Shown here: one piece after another, positions 21,813 through 30,797 of the stretch
How positions within the stretch are numbered: the stretch's first letter is position 1
How the letters are laid out: the number at the start of each line of letters is the position of its first letter
Source of the DNA: a virus
Direction: 5' to 3' (one strand)
DNA length: 43,575 nucleotides
Virus record (IMG/VR): IMGVR_UViG_3300020215_000025
Made by a program: the position numbers and the translations under genes
Notes under the pieces: generated by a model
Seen by the model: the letters and a program-made list of their open reading frames with translations, nothing else
The model's database searches: none
What the model was told of the DNA's origin: nothing

Positions 21813-22433
21813 TTAAGCTCCCCTCTTTCCGCCAAAGAGCATGTTGGCAGAGCCTGAGCCTAATCCAGATCCAAGCGAGCTATAAAAAGATTCCTTAAAA
21901 GGATTGTATCTAAAAGTTGATGTAGCGGTTCCGGTTTGATTAACGCCACGCAATCCGGCAAGTCTTCCCGACAACATCGAACTGAATCCCTGAATGGGCG
22001 CTTGAACTTGAGCCTGTCCTCCAATCCCAATATTCAGCAGTTGCAGAAGATTTTGGAGATTGAATTGCTCGGACTGATTACGGATATCTCCGGCTGTTCG
22101 CACACCGGCTGCTTGTGCGGCTCCAGATTCTAAAAACGTTCCAGCTCCGCTATGAGCAAGCTGCACATTCAGATCATTTAAACTCTGATTCACAATTCCT
22201 TGCGTAACTTCGGGCGATATTCCTCCCGGCAACGTATTGAGATAACCCGGAAGTTGCTCTCCGCGCAAAAGAGAGGATACAAGGTTTAATCCTTGCGACT
22301 GAACTCCTGTGATCTGCGGGTCAAGCTGCCTTTCACGCGCAAGATATAGTTTATTCAGTTCTGTTTCTTCTGCTGTTGGGGTGTACTGTGTTTGCTGCTG
22401 CGAACTTTCTGAAGTAGTGCGTTTAGAGCTCAC
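21813..22433 (-). CDS. Q/G/S/L-rich virion protein (206 aa)
   Basis: GTG start after AGGAGG; low-complexity Q/G/L-rich composition. Confidence 0.5.
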   Translation of the reverse strand: MSSKRTTSESSQQQTQYTPTAEETELNKLYLARERQLDPQITGVQSQGLNLVSSLLRGEQLPGYLNTLPGGISPEVTQGIVNQSLNDLNVQLAHSGAGTFLESGAAQAAGVRTAGDIRNQSEQFNLQNLLQLLNIGIGGQAQVQAPIQGFSSMLSGRLAGLRGVNQTGTATSTFRYNPFKESFYSSLGSGLGSGSANMLFGGKRGA

Positions 22434-22866
22434 GGGTAATTACCTCCTGTAATTGCTGGCGTTTAAATATTTTCCAAGGTCTATGTTTCTTCCGCTCAGC
22501 GTATCCGCAAAAATATGAAGCGGTATAATTCTGCTTAAAGAATTCAAGTTTAAGATATTTGATAGGCCAGGAACTTTGATGCGCTTCCTTAACATGAACA
22601 TTTGCAAGGTATGCGATGGGTCCGGTCTCTACATCTTCCCGATCAACCACAATATCCTCTCCGCATACAAGACGCCCGAATTGCGCGTAGTCAAGCCGGT
22701 AAGATTCAGCATATCCAAGAACCTCATCACCCTGCATTGCGAAGATCATTCGGTTTTTCCTAACCATAGTCTCGAAGTAGAGCCTCAACTGTTCATCCGT
22801 CTGCTTATCATGAGCTTGAAACCATTCACCCCGGTGAAACTGGATAAGCTGATCGATTATGTTCAA
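22423..22866 (-). CDS. Hypothetical protein (147 aa; possibly an acyltransferase-like fold)
   Basis: Track ORF; GDEVLGYAE...AYLANVHVKEAHQ is only loosely GNAT-like. Confidence 0.5.
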   Translation of the reverse strand: MNIIDQLIQFHRGEWFQAHDKQTDEQLRLYFETMVRKNRMIFAMQGDEVLGYAESYRLDYAQFGRLVCGEDIVVDREDVETGPIAYLANVHVKEAHQSSWPIKYLKLEFFKQNYTASYFCGYAERKKHRPWKIFKRQQLQEVITREL

Positions 22867-23648
22867 GCCTTAATCTCCGTAATTGTGATGCTAGACGCCA
22901 TCACGCCGCCATGAATCCTAGAAGTGTTGTCGCCGTTAAATGTGACTGTGGAAGATAAATTCGTTCCTGCTCTCAGCTTGAATGTGGTAGCTGAGGTTGT
23001 TCCTGCTGTCATATAGTGAGTCAAAACACATTGGCGGGCTTCCTGGGCTGTATCAATAAACATCGCCGCTGAAGCCAATGCGTTTGCCGTGCTGTCTTGG
23101 AACAGAGCCATACTCAATATTTGAGTTATGCTTGTAGAGAAATTGAAAACAACATCTATTCTTAATTTATTCGTTGCAGAAGTTGGGGTAACTGCCAGCG
23201 TCATGTATTGATCGCCCTCTGTATTTTGAGGAATTGTGTCATCGTAGGGCATTACCGTTGTACCTGTGGCAACCGCTCCGGTTTGAGTATTGACCACTTG
23301 CACAACTGAGCCAGTTGGAGCAGGCGCTGTTCCCCAGGAAGGAGTCGTGCCGCCAACAAGAACCTGTGAAGACGTTCCAACTCCAAGTCTTGCCCACGCG
23401 CTTGCAGAGGATGCGTAAATAATGTCACCCGTCGCTTGAGATGCAACAGTAAGCGCTGAGATATTGACTTTTCCAGCCGTTGTGATGGATGCAAGCTTTG
23501 TGTCTGCGATAGCCGCATTAGAGGCGATATTCGCGTTTGTTATATTTCCGTTATAATCGTTATAGATCGTATTAAAGTTCGCATTGTGCTCAGCTGCGAC
23601 AATCACAGCCCCTGCGCTAAATGTGTAATCCTTGTCAATTAGAGCCAT
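22863..23648 (-). CDS. Tail fibre protein
   Basis: N-terminus AEHNANFNTIYNDYNGNITNANIASNAAIADTKLASITTAGKV is a common tail-fibre motif; T/S/A/G-rich beta C-terminus. Confidence 0.7.
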   Translation of the reverse strand: MALIDKDYTFSAGAVIVAAEHNANFNTIYNDYNGNITNANIASNAAIADTKLASITTAGKVNISALTVASQATGDIIYASSASAWARLGVGTSSQVLVGGTTPSWGTAPAPTGSVVQVVNTQTGAVATGTTVMPYDDTIPQNTEGDQYMTLAVTPTSATNKLRIDVVFNFSTSITQILSMALFQDSTANALASAAMFIDTAQEARQCVLTHYMTAGTTSATTFKLRAGTNLSSTVTFNGDNTSRIHGGVMASSITITEIKA

Positions 23649-23649
23649 T

Positions 23650-24096
23650 CTAGTTCCCCGCTTTCACCCGTAACTTTTCAGTTCGAGGTTTCTTAATATT
23701 AGAAAGGTCTGATTCTCGCCATTCCTGGTCATGGCGTTTCTTAATATGAAGGTCTGAAAAATATTTCATGTAGGATTTCTTGAAGCTTGCTTTCCAATGT
23801 GTGCATACGCGATCAACTTGTTCCTGCATTCCGTTTATTTCTGATTCCATTAGCTGTTGACAGTCATCTACTCCGAACTCGTTGTAGCAGTCTTCGCACA
23901 GCATGACCGTCATCTTGCTGTTATCGTTCAGAACCACAATGGCTTTGTAAGCGTTATTTAGCCATTTCTTGAGTTTCGGGTAGCCGTTTATAGAGCCTTC
24001 AAATTCTGCAATTTCTGTATGGCAGCGAGAACAAAGGCCGGGACATGCGAAGTCAAAGCCAAACTGATTATTGGATTTAGAGGGAGTTTTTTTCAT
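23650..24096 (-). CDS. Cys-rich protein (148 aa)
   Basis: ATG 24096 forms ATGA coupling; CPGLCSRCH...CEDCYNEF. Confidence 0.5.
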   Translation of the reverse strand: MKKTPSKSNNQFGFDFACPGLCSRCHTEIAEFEGSINGYPKLKKWLNNAYKAIVVLNDNSKMTVMLCEDCYNEFGVDDCQQLMESEINGMQEQVDRVCTHWKASFKKSYMKYFSDLHIKKRHDQEWRESDLSNIKKPRTEKLRVKAGN

Positions 24097-24461
24097 GGCA
24101 GTATGAACACCGTAAAAGTTACAGACGCAACATCGCACTTGAAGAAGGCGTTTGTCGAATTCCAAGTTCCTGATTTGTAAAGACTTCCAGCCTTGTCCTG
24201 ACTCATGACAATATAAGCTCCGGACGGCGTTGCTCCGAGTCCGTGCGCAACAGTGTTTTCAGCATCAGGCGTGGCAGAAGTTGTGAAGGTTTGAAAACGT
24301 CCTGCGATATTTTCTCCCCTGAATCCGTCCGTTGGCGTTCCGAACTCGACGCGCCCATTACTCCAGTCGTATATTTTCCTTAAATCGTTATCAAGTGCAT
24401 GAACCTGGTTAAGAATATTCGCGGAACGTTCATTGATGGAACTGACTTTTACAAGTTTCAT
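24093..24461 (-). CDS. Virion-associated beta-rich protein (122 aa)
   Basis: Track ORF, coupled at both ends within the tail module. Confidence 0.5.
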   Translation of the reverse strand: MKLVKVSSINERSANILNQVHALDNDLRKIYDWSNGRVEFGTPTDGFRGENIAGRFQTFTTSATPDAENTVAHGLGATPSGAYIVMSQDKAGSLYKSGTWNSTNAFFKCDVASVTFTVFILP

Positions 24462-25990
24462 TATTGCGCCGTCTCCAGGTGAAGCATCATTCCAAATCCG
24501 TCTATCTGCATCGTTTCTCCAGAATTTGAGTTCGAAAATTTGAGTCTTATCACTCGGCCTCTTCCGATCAAGTCTCGGCGCACAACAGCGCCACCAGCTG
24601 CGGCATAAGTATCAGTTCCGTAAAGAGCTGTTCCGTAGACGGAAGCAGATGTGTTCATGCTGAAAGATTGGCTATATTGGTCTGCTGATTCGAAATCATA
24701 GGAATAAGAAAATGTGAGCGTTGAGTTTGCGATCTGGTAATAGATCGTAGAGTTTGGAACGCCTTTTTTATCAATCAGGTCGTCAAAGTTAAACCATTTC
24801 GTGTAGTAGTAGGCGTTAATAGCGGTGGCTGTTCCTTCAGGATTATCATTTGTGCCAGTATCAGCACGGTAAACGAATCCGCTGTAATCTCCGAAGTAAA
24901 CACGCTCCTGTCCCGAAACGTACACAATGGCAAAGCAGTTCGCGTTATGTCCTTTGTAGTAACTCCAAGCATTGTTATGGGAGTCCCAGGTTACGCATCT
25001 GGCATGTGTTGATGCGGCAGCGATGGAATGAGAGCCCCAATAGCGGTTCTTCGTTTTCTGATAGCATGATACTGAGTTTGCAAATCGGTTAGGTTCTAGT
25101 GTGGTCGTGAGCGTGGTCGTGATTCGGTCAGAAAGCTTGTAAACGTTCCATCCATCAAAATAGTAGTAGCCGTCCGTAGAAAGAAAGACGTGTCCGTTAT
25201 CGACTTCTTGAATGGAATGGCCCGAGACGCAGCCGACATGAGAGGGTGTTGGAGTAAAAACGAAAGGAATATCAGAGTCGCCCGTAAACTGAGCAACCCA
25301 GATGGAGCGCTCCTTATAAATAACGAGACGGTCGCCCAACTTTTTGAGACCCGTTATGTCCTGCCCATCATTCTTGTTCACGTCCCTGAAGTCAGTAGAG
25401 GTCCATGTGGAAACGGAATCAATATTCGAGTAGTAAATGCGGGTCGGATGCGCTGTTCCGCTAACTGTAACGTTTGCATAAAACGTGTAACGATTCCAAG
25501 TCTCAACAAACTTCGCTTTTGTGAGGCCGGTCGGAACATCCGCTGCGGCTGCGTTTCCGGAGCCAGTCCACTTGATTGGGGCATCGACTCCGTTCGTACC
25601 AATCGCTGTGTCGAGGAAGCTGGTCCATGTGAAGTGATTATTGTTCCCTGCTGTGATTGTTACAGCACCCGTCACGTCATCCCACGTTCCGTCAAGGTCA
25701 TCCATTTTTGCAAACTTATTTCCACACGTACCAATCAGATAGTTAGTTCCGGAGCTGAGCTCGAACCAAAAAAGGCTTGTCCATGTTGCGCCCGAATTGA
25801 AAGCAGACGAGTTGAGCGTGGCATAACCGTTTCGCTTCAAAATTGAACCAAACTTGTTAAAATCGATGTTTTGGCAATCGGTTGATTCGTTGTCAGCGAC
25901 ATTGAGCGGAGAACTTGTTGAATTAAGACCGCCCGTATTCCTGATAACTCCAAACGCAAAGCTGCGCGATGTGTAATCTAATCCGCTCAT
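24461..25990 (-). CDS. Tail structural protein, beta-propeller-like (509 aa; nozzle/tubular candidate)
   Basis: Repetitive W/Y/G/T-rich beta pattern; position in the tail module. Confidence 0.55.
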   Translation of the reverse strand: MSGLDYTSRSFAFGVIRNTGGLNSTSSPLNVADNESTDCQNIDFNKFGSILKRNGYATLNSSAFNSGATWTSLFWFELSSGTNYLIGTCGNKFAKMDDLDGTWDDVTGAVTITAGNNNHFTWTSFLDTAIGTNGVDAPIKWTGSGNAAAADVPTGLTKAKFVETWNRYTFYANVTVSGTAHPTRIYYSNIDSVSTWTSTDFRDVNKNDGQDITGLKKLGDRLVIYKERSIWVAQFTGDSDIPFVFTPTPSHVGCVSGHSIQEVDNGHVFLSTDGYYYFDGWNVYKLSDRITTTLTTTLEPNRFANSVSCYQKTKNRYWGSHSIAAASTHARCVTWDSHNNAWSYYKGHNANCFAIVYVSGQERVYFGDYSGFVYRADTGTNDNPEGTATAINAYYYTKWFNFDDLIDKKGVPNSTIYYQIANSTLTFSYSYDFESADQYSQSFSMNTSASVYGTALYGTDTYAAAGGAVVRRDLIGRGRVIRLKFSNSNSGETMQIDGFGMMLHLETAQ

Positions 25991-26022
25991 TCAAAGCTCC
26001 CCGCTATAATTACTGCGGTTAG

Positions 26023-26043
26023 GATTAAAACTATTATTAATAG
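26023..26043 (-). promoter_or_regulatory. 21-bp late-arm motif, copy 1
   Basis: Minus strand reads CTATTAATAATAGTTTTAATC, preceded by TTTTTTA, 32 nt upstream of ATG 25990; near-identical copy at 43263..43283. Confidence 0.5.
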
Positions 26044-26061
26044 GTCGTTTAACATAAAAAA

Positions 26062-27288
26062 TTAAGCCACAGGTCCAAATTGACCGCCCAATTGTCCATA
26101 CCCAAGATATTTATGAACTTTTCCGCTCGTCAAACTTCTGGATTCTTTCGGTTTAAGTAAACGCGGATTCCAGGGAGCGATATCTGCGTTCTTCTTTTTA
26201 AGGCTCTTGATCTCATCAGAGTAGAACCCAAAGTATTTGTCAGCGTCTTTTGTTTTGCCCTGATAGGCCATAATCTTAGAAACGGAAAGAAGGATGATCG
26301 CTTCGTCAAATTCTTGACCAAGTTCGTGAATGTCTCCATCATTCACTAAGCGCCAAGGGTCTTTGTAATATTCGACGTTGATATTGAAGACGCGAGTTGG
26401 AAGAGGCCAGATTTGAAGTTTCTTGTACATGATATTGCTAGTCGCATCGCCAGCCGGAAGGACAGCGACTATCGTATTGGAAGAGTTTGCGTCAACTGTA
26501 ATGCGGCCAACAGAGGATGACGCCTTGGATACACGCTCAACCTTGGAGAAGGATTTGGACCCACTTACGGCACCTGTTCCCGTAACCGTGATTGTCTCCT
26601 GGTCAGGATAGCCAGCTACGATGCCGGTTATTGTGATCGTAACAGAGGTATCAGAAGCAGATGAAGAGTAGACTCTGAGCACGCTTGCCTCAAGCGGCTG
26701 TTCAATAACGTTATCTTCTCCCCACTGACGCCAGTAGAGGGGGGTATTTCCTTCCTCGATTGTGACACCGCTTCCGTAGAAATCCTCATCCGTTACGTAG
26801 TGCATGACATACGGATACCCGTAGTCTTCGTGCCACAACATTGAAATTCTGCCAGCCTGAATAGGAACGTTGTACTCCTCGCGTCCATATACTTTGTATG
26901 TTTGGGTTGTAGAAGTAGTCCCATCGTAGGCTGGAGAAACTGTTAGGGTGGTTTCACCCGTAATTGTTGCGATTGTGAAAGTTTTGCTTGATCCGCCAAG
27001 CTCAATGCGGCGCCCTACTTGAATACCGTTCGTAATGAGTGCTGCGCCTGTAATCGTGACGCTGTTGGAGTTTTCCGTAACACTTACAGCTCCGCTTCCT
27101 GTTGAGTATTCAGCTTCAGTCGTAATAGTTGCTTTTCTGCGGAGGTTTCTCCAGTTACATTCGCGCCCAACACGGAATAAAGATGAGTTTACGATATTAT
27201 CTGTAGTTGTGTTGTACTCCGTTCCGCTTTGTCCCTGAGTTGCTCTTTGCTTAACCTCAGTTTTTAGATCACTAAAAAGTAAGCTCAT
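26062..27288 (-). CDS. Virion structural protein (408 aa; adaptor or tail candidate)
   Basis: Track ORF; T/S/V/G-rich beta protein in the tail module. Confidence 0.55.
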   Translation of the reverse strand: MSLLFSDLKTEVKQRATQGQSGTEYNTTTDNIVNSSLFRVGRECNWRNLRRKATITTEAEYSTGSGAVSVTENSNSVTITGAALITNGIQVGRRIELGGSSKTFTIATITGETTLTVSPAYDGTTSTTQTYKVYGREEYNVPIQAGRISMLWHEDYGYPYVMHYVTDEDFYGSGVTIEEGNTPLYWRQWGEDNVIEQPLEASVLRVYSSSASDTSVTITITGIVAGYPDQETITVTGTGAVSGSKSFSKVERVSKASSSVGRITVDANSSNTIVAVLPAGDATSNIMYKKLQIWPLPTRVFNINVEYYKDPWRLVNDGDIHELGQEFDEAIILLSVSKIMAYQGKTKDADKYFGFYSDEIKSLKKKNADIAPWNPRLLKPKESRSLTSGKVHKYLGYGQLGGQFGPVA

Positions 27289-27289
27289 A

Positions 27290-27400
27290 TCAATCCACCA
27301 GGTCTCTTAGCACAATACCCGCAAGACATTTCTCGCTAAGGCAGTGCATATCGTTAAGACAATCAGTGCAAATACAATCACATCTTGGACATTCACCCAT
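27290..27400 (-). CDS. 36-aa peptide with 8 cysteines
   Basis: MGECPRCDCICTDCLNDMHCLSEKCLAGIVLRDLVD; tightly packed between flanking genes. Confidence 0.4.
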   Translation of the reverse strand: MGECPRCDCICTDCLNDMHCLSEKCLAGIVLRDLVD

Positions 27401-27402
27401 TA

Positions 27403-27606
27403 TCAGTCCTTCTTTTTAGAGGGTTTCGGACCCCAAGCACAAGGGCGACAACAAGGCCGGTTATTAACTGCAAGCAAAATAAAGTCATTGCTTCCGCAGG
27501 TATTGCAAATATAAGAGAGGCAGTTGTTCTTAGTAAGGACCAAAACGAACGCCTCAGTATTTTTGTCCACAGTGTTTCTCCGCCGTTCTTTAAACTCCAT
27601 CACCAA
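27403..27606 (-). CDS. Small Cys-rich protein (67 aa)
   Basis: Track ORF; CLSYICNTCG...CCRPC. Confidence 0.5.
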   Translation of the reverse strand: MVMEFKERRRNTVDKNTEAFVLVLTKNNCLSYICNTCGSNDFILLAVNNRPCCRPCAWGPKPSKKKD

Positions 27607-27896
27607 ACCGCCAGGTGAAGGATGAGTCCTGCAAGAGCGATTGCAAAGAGGGCGAGGCTGAAGTATCCCCAGAATGGATGCTTCATAATGAAATCCTTGT
27701 ATTTCGTTGATATCGTCTTGCCTCGCTTTATGAAGTAAGCAAGCTCGAACACAAGGACGTTTACTGCCACACTGATCTTGAACCAGCCCCAGACAGAGCC
27801 GCCTTTTGAGAAATCTATTGCGGCAGATGCAATGGCTGCGATAATGAGAATCAAGAGTCCAACAGTTCGCGCAATTCCTCCCAAAGTCATCGCCAT
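27600..27896 (-). CDS. Membrane protein, about 3 TM (98 aa; holin-like)
   Basis: ATG 27896 shares TAATG with the upstream stop; GLLILIIAAIASAAI, ISVAVNVLVFELAYF, FSLALFAIALAGLILHL. Confidence 0.6.
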   Translation of the reverse strand: MAMTLGGIARTVGLLILIIAAIASAAIDFSKGGSVWGWFKISVAVNVLVFELAYFIKRGKTISTKYKDFIMKHPFWGYFSLALFAIALAGLILHLAVW

Positions 27897-28174
27897 TAGG
27901 AACTCCTCTTCTTCTTCCTTATTGCAGCGCCAAGCGTTGACAGGAGTACGACAAGACTCGCGTATCCGACTCCTGCCTTTGCCGCTTTGCCAGCCCACGG
28001 AACACCGGATAAAGAAGCCACATCTTCAGCTCGTTGCCCGTATTCTTTTGAGCGTTCAACCGCTTCAGTACGGCACGCGGTATCCGCAAAGCACTCGGCG
28101 ACATTCATGCGCTGTTCCTGAAACCAGGCACATCCAGCCAAACTTAGGAATGCGATCAGTACGACGCCCCTCAC
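27896..28174 (-). CDS. Lipoprotein with C-terminal TM segment (u-spanin-like, 92 aa)
   Basis: MRGVVLIAFLSLAGC lipobox; C-terminal GYASLVVLLSTLGAAIRKKKR; GTGA coupling to the upstream gene. Confidence 0.6.
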   Translation of the reverse strand: MRGVVLIAFLSLAGCAWFQEQRMNVAECFADTACRTEAVERSKEYGQRAEDVASLSGVPWAGKAAKAGVGYASLVVLLSTLGAAIRKKKRSS

Positions 28175-28344
28175 TTGATTGCCGCCCGGAGCGTGGCGAG
28201 ACCGGCTCCTGTAAGAAGCGCAACGAGCTGGTCATAAGTTGACTGATCAATGAAACCGGCGTACTTAGCAAATACAAGCACAGCCATAATCGCGGCGATG
28301 ATGTAGGTCTTCTTTCCTGCTAAGAAACTCAGAATCTTATCCAT
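28171..28344 (-). CDS. Small 2-TM membrane protein (57 aa; holin/antiholin-like)
   Basis: AGGAGG upstream; MDKILSFLAGKKTYIIAAIMAVLVFAKYAGFIDQSTYDQLVALLTGAGLATLRAAIK. Confidence 0.55.
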   Translation of the reverse strand: MDKILSFLAGKKTYIIAAIMAVLVFAKYAGFIDQSTYDQLVALLTGAGLATLRAAIK

Positions 28345-28356
28345 GATTCCTCCTGG

Positions 28357-28701
28357 TTAGTGGGGCCAAAACTGTTTGAGCAAAATCGCTGATTGAATCG
28401 TGATGATAAGTCCAAAAGCCCAGCGGTCAGCGTTCGTGTGATCTTTTAAATCGTTCTTCTTATCTTCTAAACGCCTGACTTTACTTGTGAGACCTTCGAT
28501 GCCGTTTCCGTAAAGAGTCTTGTTATGTTTCTCAAGAAGTTCTTCAATATGAATAACTGTTTTTCTTAGACTTTCATGATTAGCATCAACCTTGTTGATT
28601 AAGATCGCTACATCTGTGCGAGTATCAGACAAGTCCTTTTTAATCTGGTCCATATCCGCAAACTGCTTTCTCCTTTCACCACCTTCCCAGTGAGATGACA
28701 T
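28357..28701 (-). CDS. Coiled-coil protein with C-terminal TM anchor (114 aa)
   Basis: Track ORF; RWAFGLIITIQSAILLKQFW at the C-terminus. Confidence 0.6.
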   Translation of the reverse strand: MSSHWEGGERRKQFADMDQIKKDLSDTRTDVAILINKVDANHESLRKTVIHIEELLEKHNKTLYGNGIEGLTSKVRRLEDKKNDLKDHTNADRWAFGLIITIQSAILLKQFWPH

Positions 28702-28704
28702 TTT

Positions 28705-28878
28705 CTAATTTGATACGCCTGAATTTATTTTTTTAGAAGAAGATCGGCCATTTAGCTTTTCTGTAATTACTTTTACGTGTGTAACCACTTCTAAAGCGTC
28801 CGGTTGCATCGCTGTTACTCCGACTTGTTTCAGTAGATTAATGAGAAATTGCTTTTCCTTATCAGTGAAATCGATCAT
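28705..28878 (-). CDS. Hypothetical protein (57 aa)
   Basis: ATGA coupling to the upstream gene; MIDFTDKEKQFLINLLKQVG. Confidence 0.45.
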   Translation of the reverse strand: MIDFTDKEKQFLINLLKQVGVTAMQPDALEVVTHVKVITEKLNGRSSSKKINSGVSN

Positions 28879-29156
28879 TTTCGAGCCTGCATCAAAATTG
28901 CTTTATTAAGCGCGACATCAAATGTGGCTTTGAAGTTGTTTGTAACATCCCCCAGCAACACTTCAGTAATGTAGGGCGTTAAGTGCGTGAGGTCTGTATC
29001 ATCGAAGTCCGCTTGTTCGTATGCGCCACCAGCTCCCATTTCATTTCGCTCAACTTGCAATTCTTTTAATCCATTAATTGCGTCAGCTAATTGAGTGGCG
29101 TAAATAACCGCGTTTGTAGCGATGTTTCTTCTTTTGTTAACAACGTTCTGTGGCAT
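28875..29156 (-). CDS. Hypothetical virion-module protein (93 aa)
   Basis: Track ORF. Confidence 0.55.
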   Translation of the reverse strand: MPQNVVNKRRNIATNAVIYATQLADAINGLKELQVERNEMGAGGAYEQADFDDTDLTHLTPYITEVLLGDVTNNFKATFDVALNKAILMQARK

Positions 29157-29166
29157 TTAGATCTCC

Positions 29167-29682
29167 TTATTCAATATAAATAACGCCGCCGAAACGGACG
29201 TTAGCCGGGTTTGTGGCCCATGTTGGATTGATGCTTTTTATTTCGATGTAATCACCTGCGACGACCGCAATGCTTAAGCTCGTGTTTATCCAGGTTCTGA
29301 ACGCTGCCGTTGATGCAACAGTTTGAATGAGTGTGTCGGTCGTGTTGTTAAGACGAACGTACAAAGACCAGCTTTCTCCGGTTCCTGCGGTTGCTGCATG
29401 AGCTACGATCTGAGCAACTTTGATCGTTCCGGTCTTTGGAATGTAAATGCGTGAAATGGCCGCTGTGGAGGATGGCGCTACGCCAGCGAGAGAACCGAAA
29501 TAGATTGTTTGAGCGTCCGTAGTGGTCGCTAAATTAGCAGCTGTTACTGTTAAGGCATAACCAAGTCCAGCTCCACCGGCTGAAGGTGTATAGGCTTCAA
29601 ATTCTGAATCTTGTGCATTCCTGCGAACGCTTTGTCCTGCTCCTACTACTAAATTAGATGAAATTTCTCCGAAGGTAGCCAT
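29167..29682 (-). CDS. A/T/G/S-rich beta protein (171 aa)
   Basis: Track ORF; GGAG upstream. Confidence 0.55.
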   Translation of the reverse strand: MATFGEISSNLVVGAGQSVRRNAQDSEFEAYTPSAGGAGLGYALTVTAANLATTTDAQTIYFGSLAGVAPSSTAAISRIYIPKTGTIKVAQIVAHAATAGTGESWSLYVRLNNTTDTLIQTVASTAAFRTWINTSLSIAVVAGDYIEIKSINPTWATNPANVRFGGVIYIE

Positions 29683-30533
29683 TATGCGAGCAACCCGTAT
29701 GCTTGCAAATCTTGAATAAGCGTTCCGACGACATCTGCCAGCTCATCAAGCGTTGTTGCGTTTGCGTCATAGCTGCGGTCAGTGGTCACATTGCTTGGCG
29801 TGTATGCGCTTGGACGCGCAACGGCAGCGGCTCCCAAAAATCCAATCATAGGCGCTGATCCACTTGCTTCAATCCGTATCGCTTCCCTTGCCGCTGTATC
29901 CCAAACTCGAAATATTCCACGCGCTTTTCGTGAAGCGTCTGTTGAAGTGGCCCAGGCGGTATCTATGTCAACTTGTTCCCGCGCTGTGGATGTTGAACTC
30001 ACTCCATGGAGCTGGATCAACGCCGCCGTTTGAGACGAAACACCACGGAACACCCCGGCCTTTGAGGCTGAGTCTTTCGCTTCGAAAATGATGCTGCCAC
30101 CGCCCAGCAATATTTCGCGCATTCTTACGCCGTTGTTATCAATGGAAAAGTCCAGCAACCGTGTTCCGGCTAATGAAATGCTAAACCCGCTATTAGAGAC
30201 ATAACCTGGATTTCCAGAACTTGGATTCCTGGCCTGGATCGAGAGTGTTTGTCCGTGTGGAGAAGCGGCCCGAATTGTGAGCGTTCCGTTATCCGTGTTG
30301 TCAAATTGAAACATGGTTCGGCTTCCACTTTTGATGAGAAACGAGCCGTTGACGGTGGACCCATCGCCAAGTGTCAGTTCACCGCTGCCGTTGTAGGTGA
30401 GGCCGGGATTGTGCTGCGCGAGATTTCCAGAGGAATCGACATAGAGGACAGAGCCAGACGTGCCTGAGCCTATTGCATCTCCAATATCAATCGTAAACGG
30501 AACTGCTGGATTCTCAATTCTGAAATCTGTCAT
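29682..30533 (-). CDS. Tail fibre / collar-like protein (283 aa)
   Basis: GSGTSGSVLYVDSSGNLAQ and G/S/T repeats; C-terminal LDELADVVGTLIQDLQAYGLLA. Confidence 0.6.
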   Translation of the reverse strand: MTDFRIENPAVPFTIDIGDAIGSGTSGSVLYVDSSGNLAQHNPGLTYNGSGELTLGDGSTVNGSFLIKSGSRTMFQFDNTDNGTLTIRAASPHGQTLSIQARNPSSGNPGYVSNSGFSISLAGTRLLDFSIDNNGVRMREILLGGGSIIFEAKDSASKAGVFRGVSSQTAALIQLHGVSSTSTAREQVDIDTAWATSTDASRKARGIFRVWDTAAREAIRIEASGSAPMIGFLGAAAVARPSAYTPSNVTTDRSYDANATTLDELADVVGTLIQDLQAYGLLA

Positions 30534-30796
30534 GAGCCTGCGCTGGACTTACTGTATTGAGCTGTTAAGTTTCCAGAAGACGAAAGGCCGTTAATCGCAC
30601 CCTTGAAGATGCGATCTCCGGCCAAGGTCATGTTTCCTCCCGCTGCAATGTAGGCATCATTCGCAGTTGCATCGGACCCGAAAGCAACATAGAGCTTTGA
30701 AGTTGCGTGCGTGTTTGTGATTACGACAAGCACCCTACTGTAATCAGCGGGAACTATCTCAGTTGACGTTGTGGCTGAGACCGTAACTGCTGGCAC
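30530..30796 (-). CDS. Small beta-rich protein (88 aa)
   Basis: Track ORF, coupled. Confidence 0.5.
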   Translation of the reverse strand: MPAVTVSATTSTEIVPADYSRVLVVITNTHATSKLYVAFGSDATANDAYIAAGGNMTLAGDRIFKGAINGLSSSGNLTAQYSKSSAGS

Positions 30797-30797
30797 T

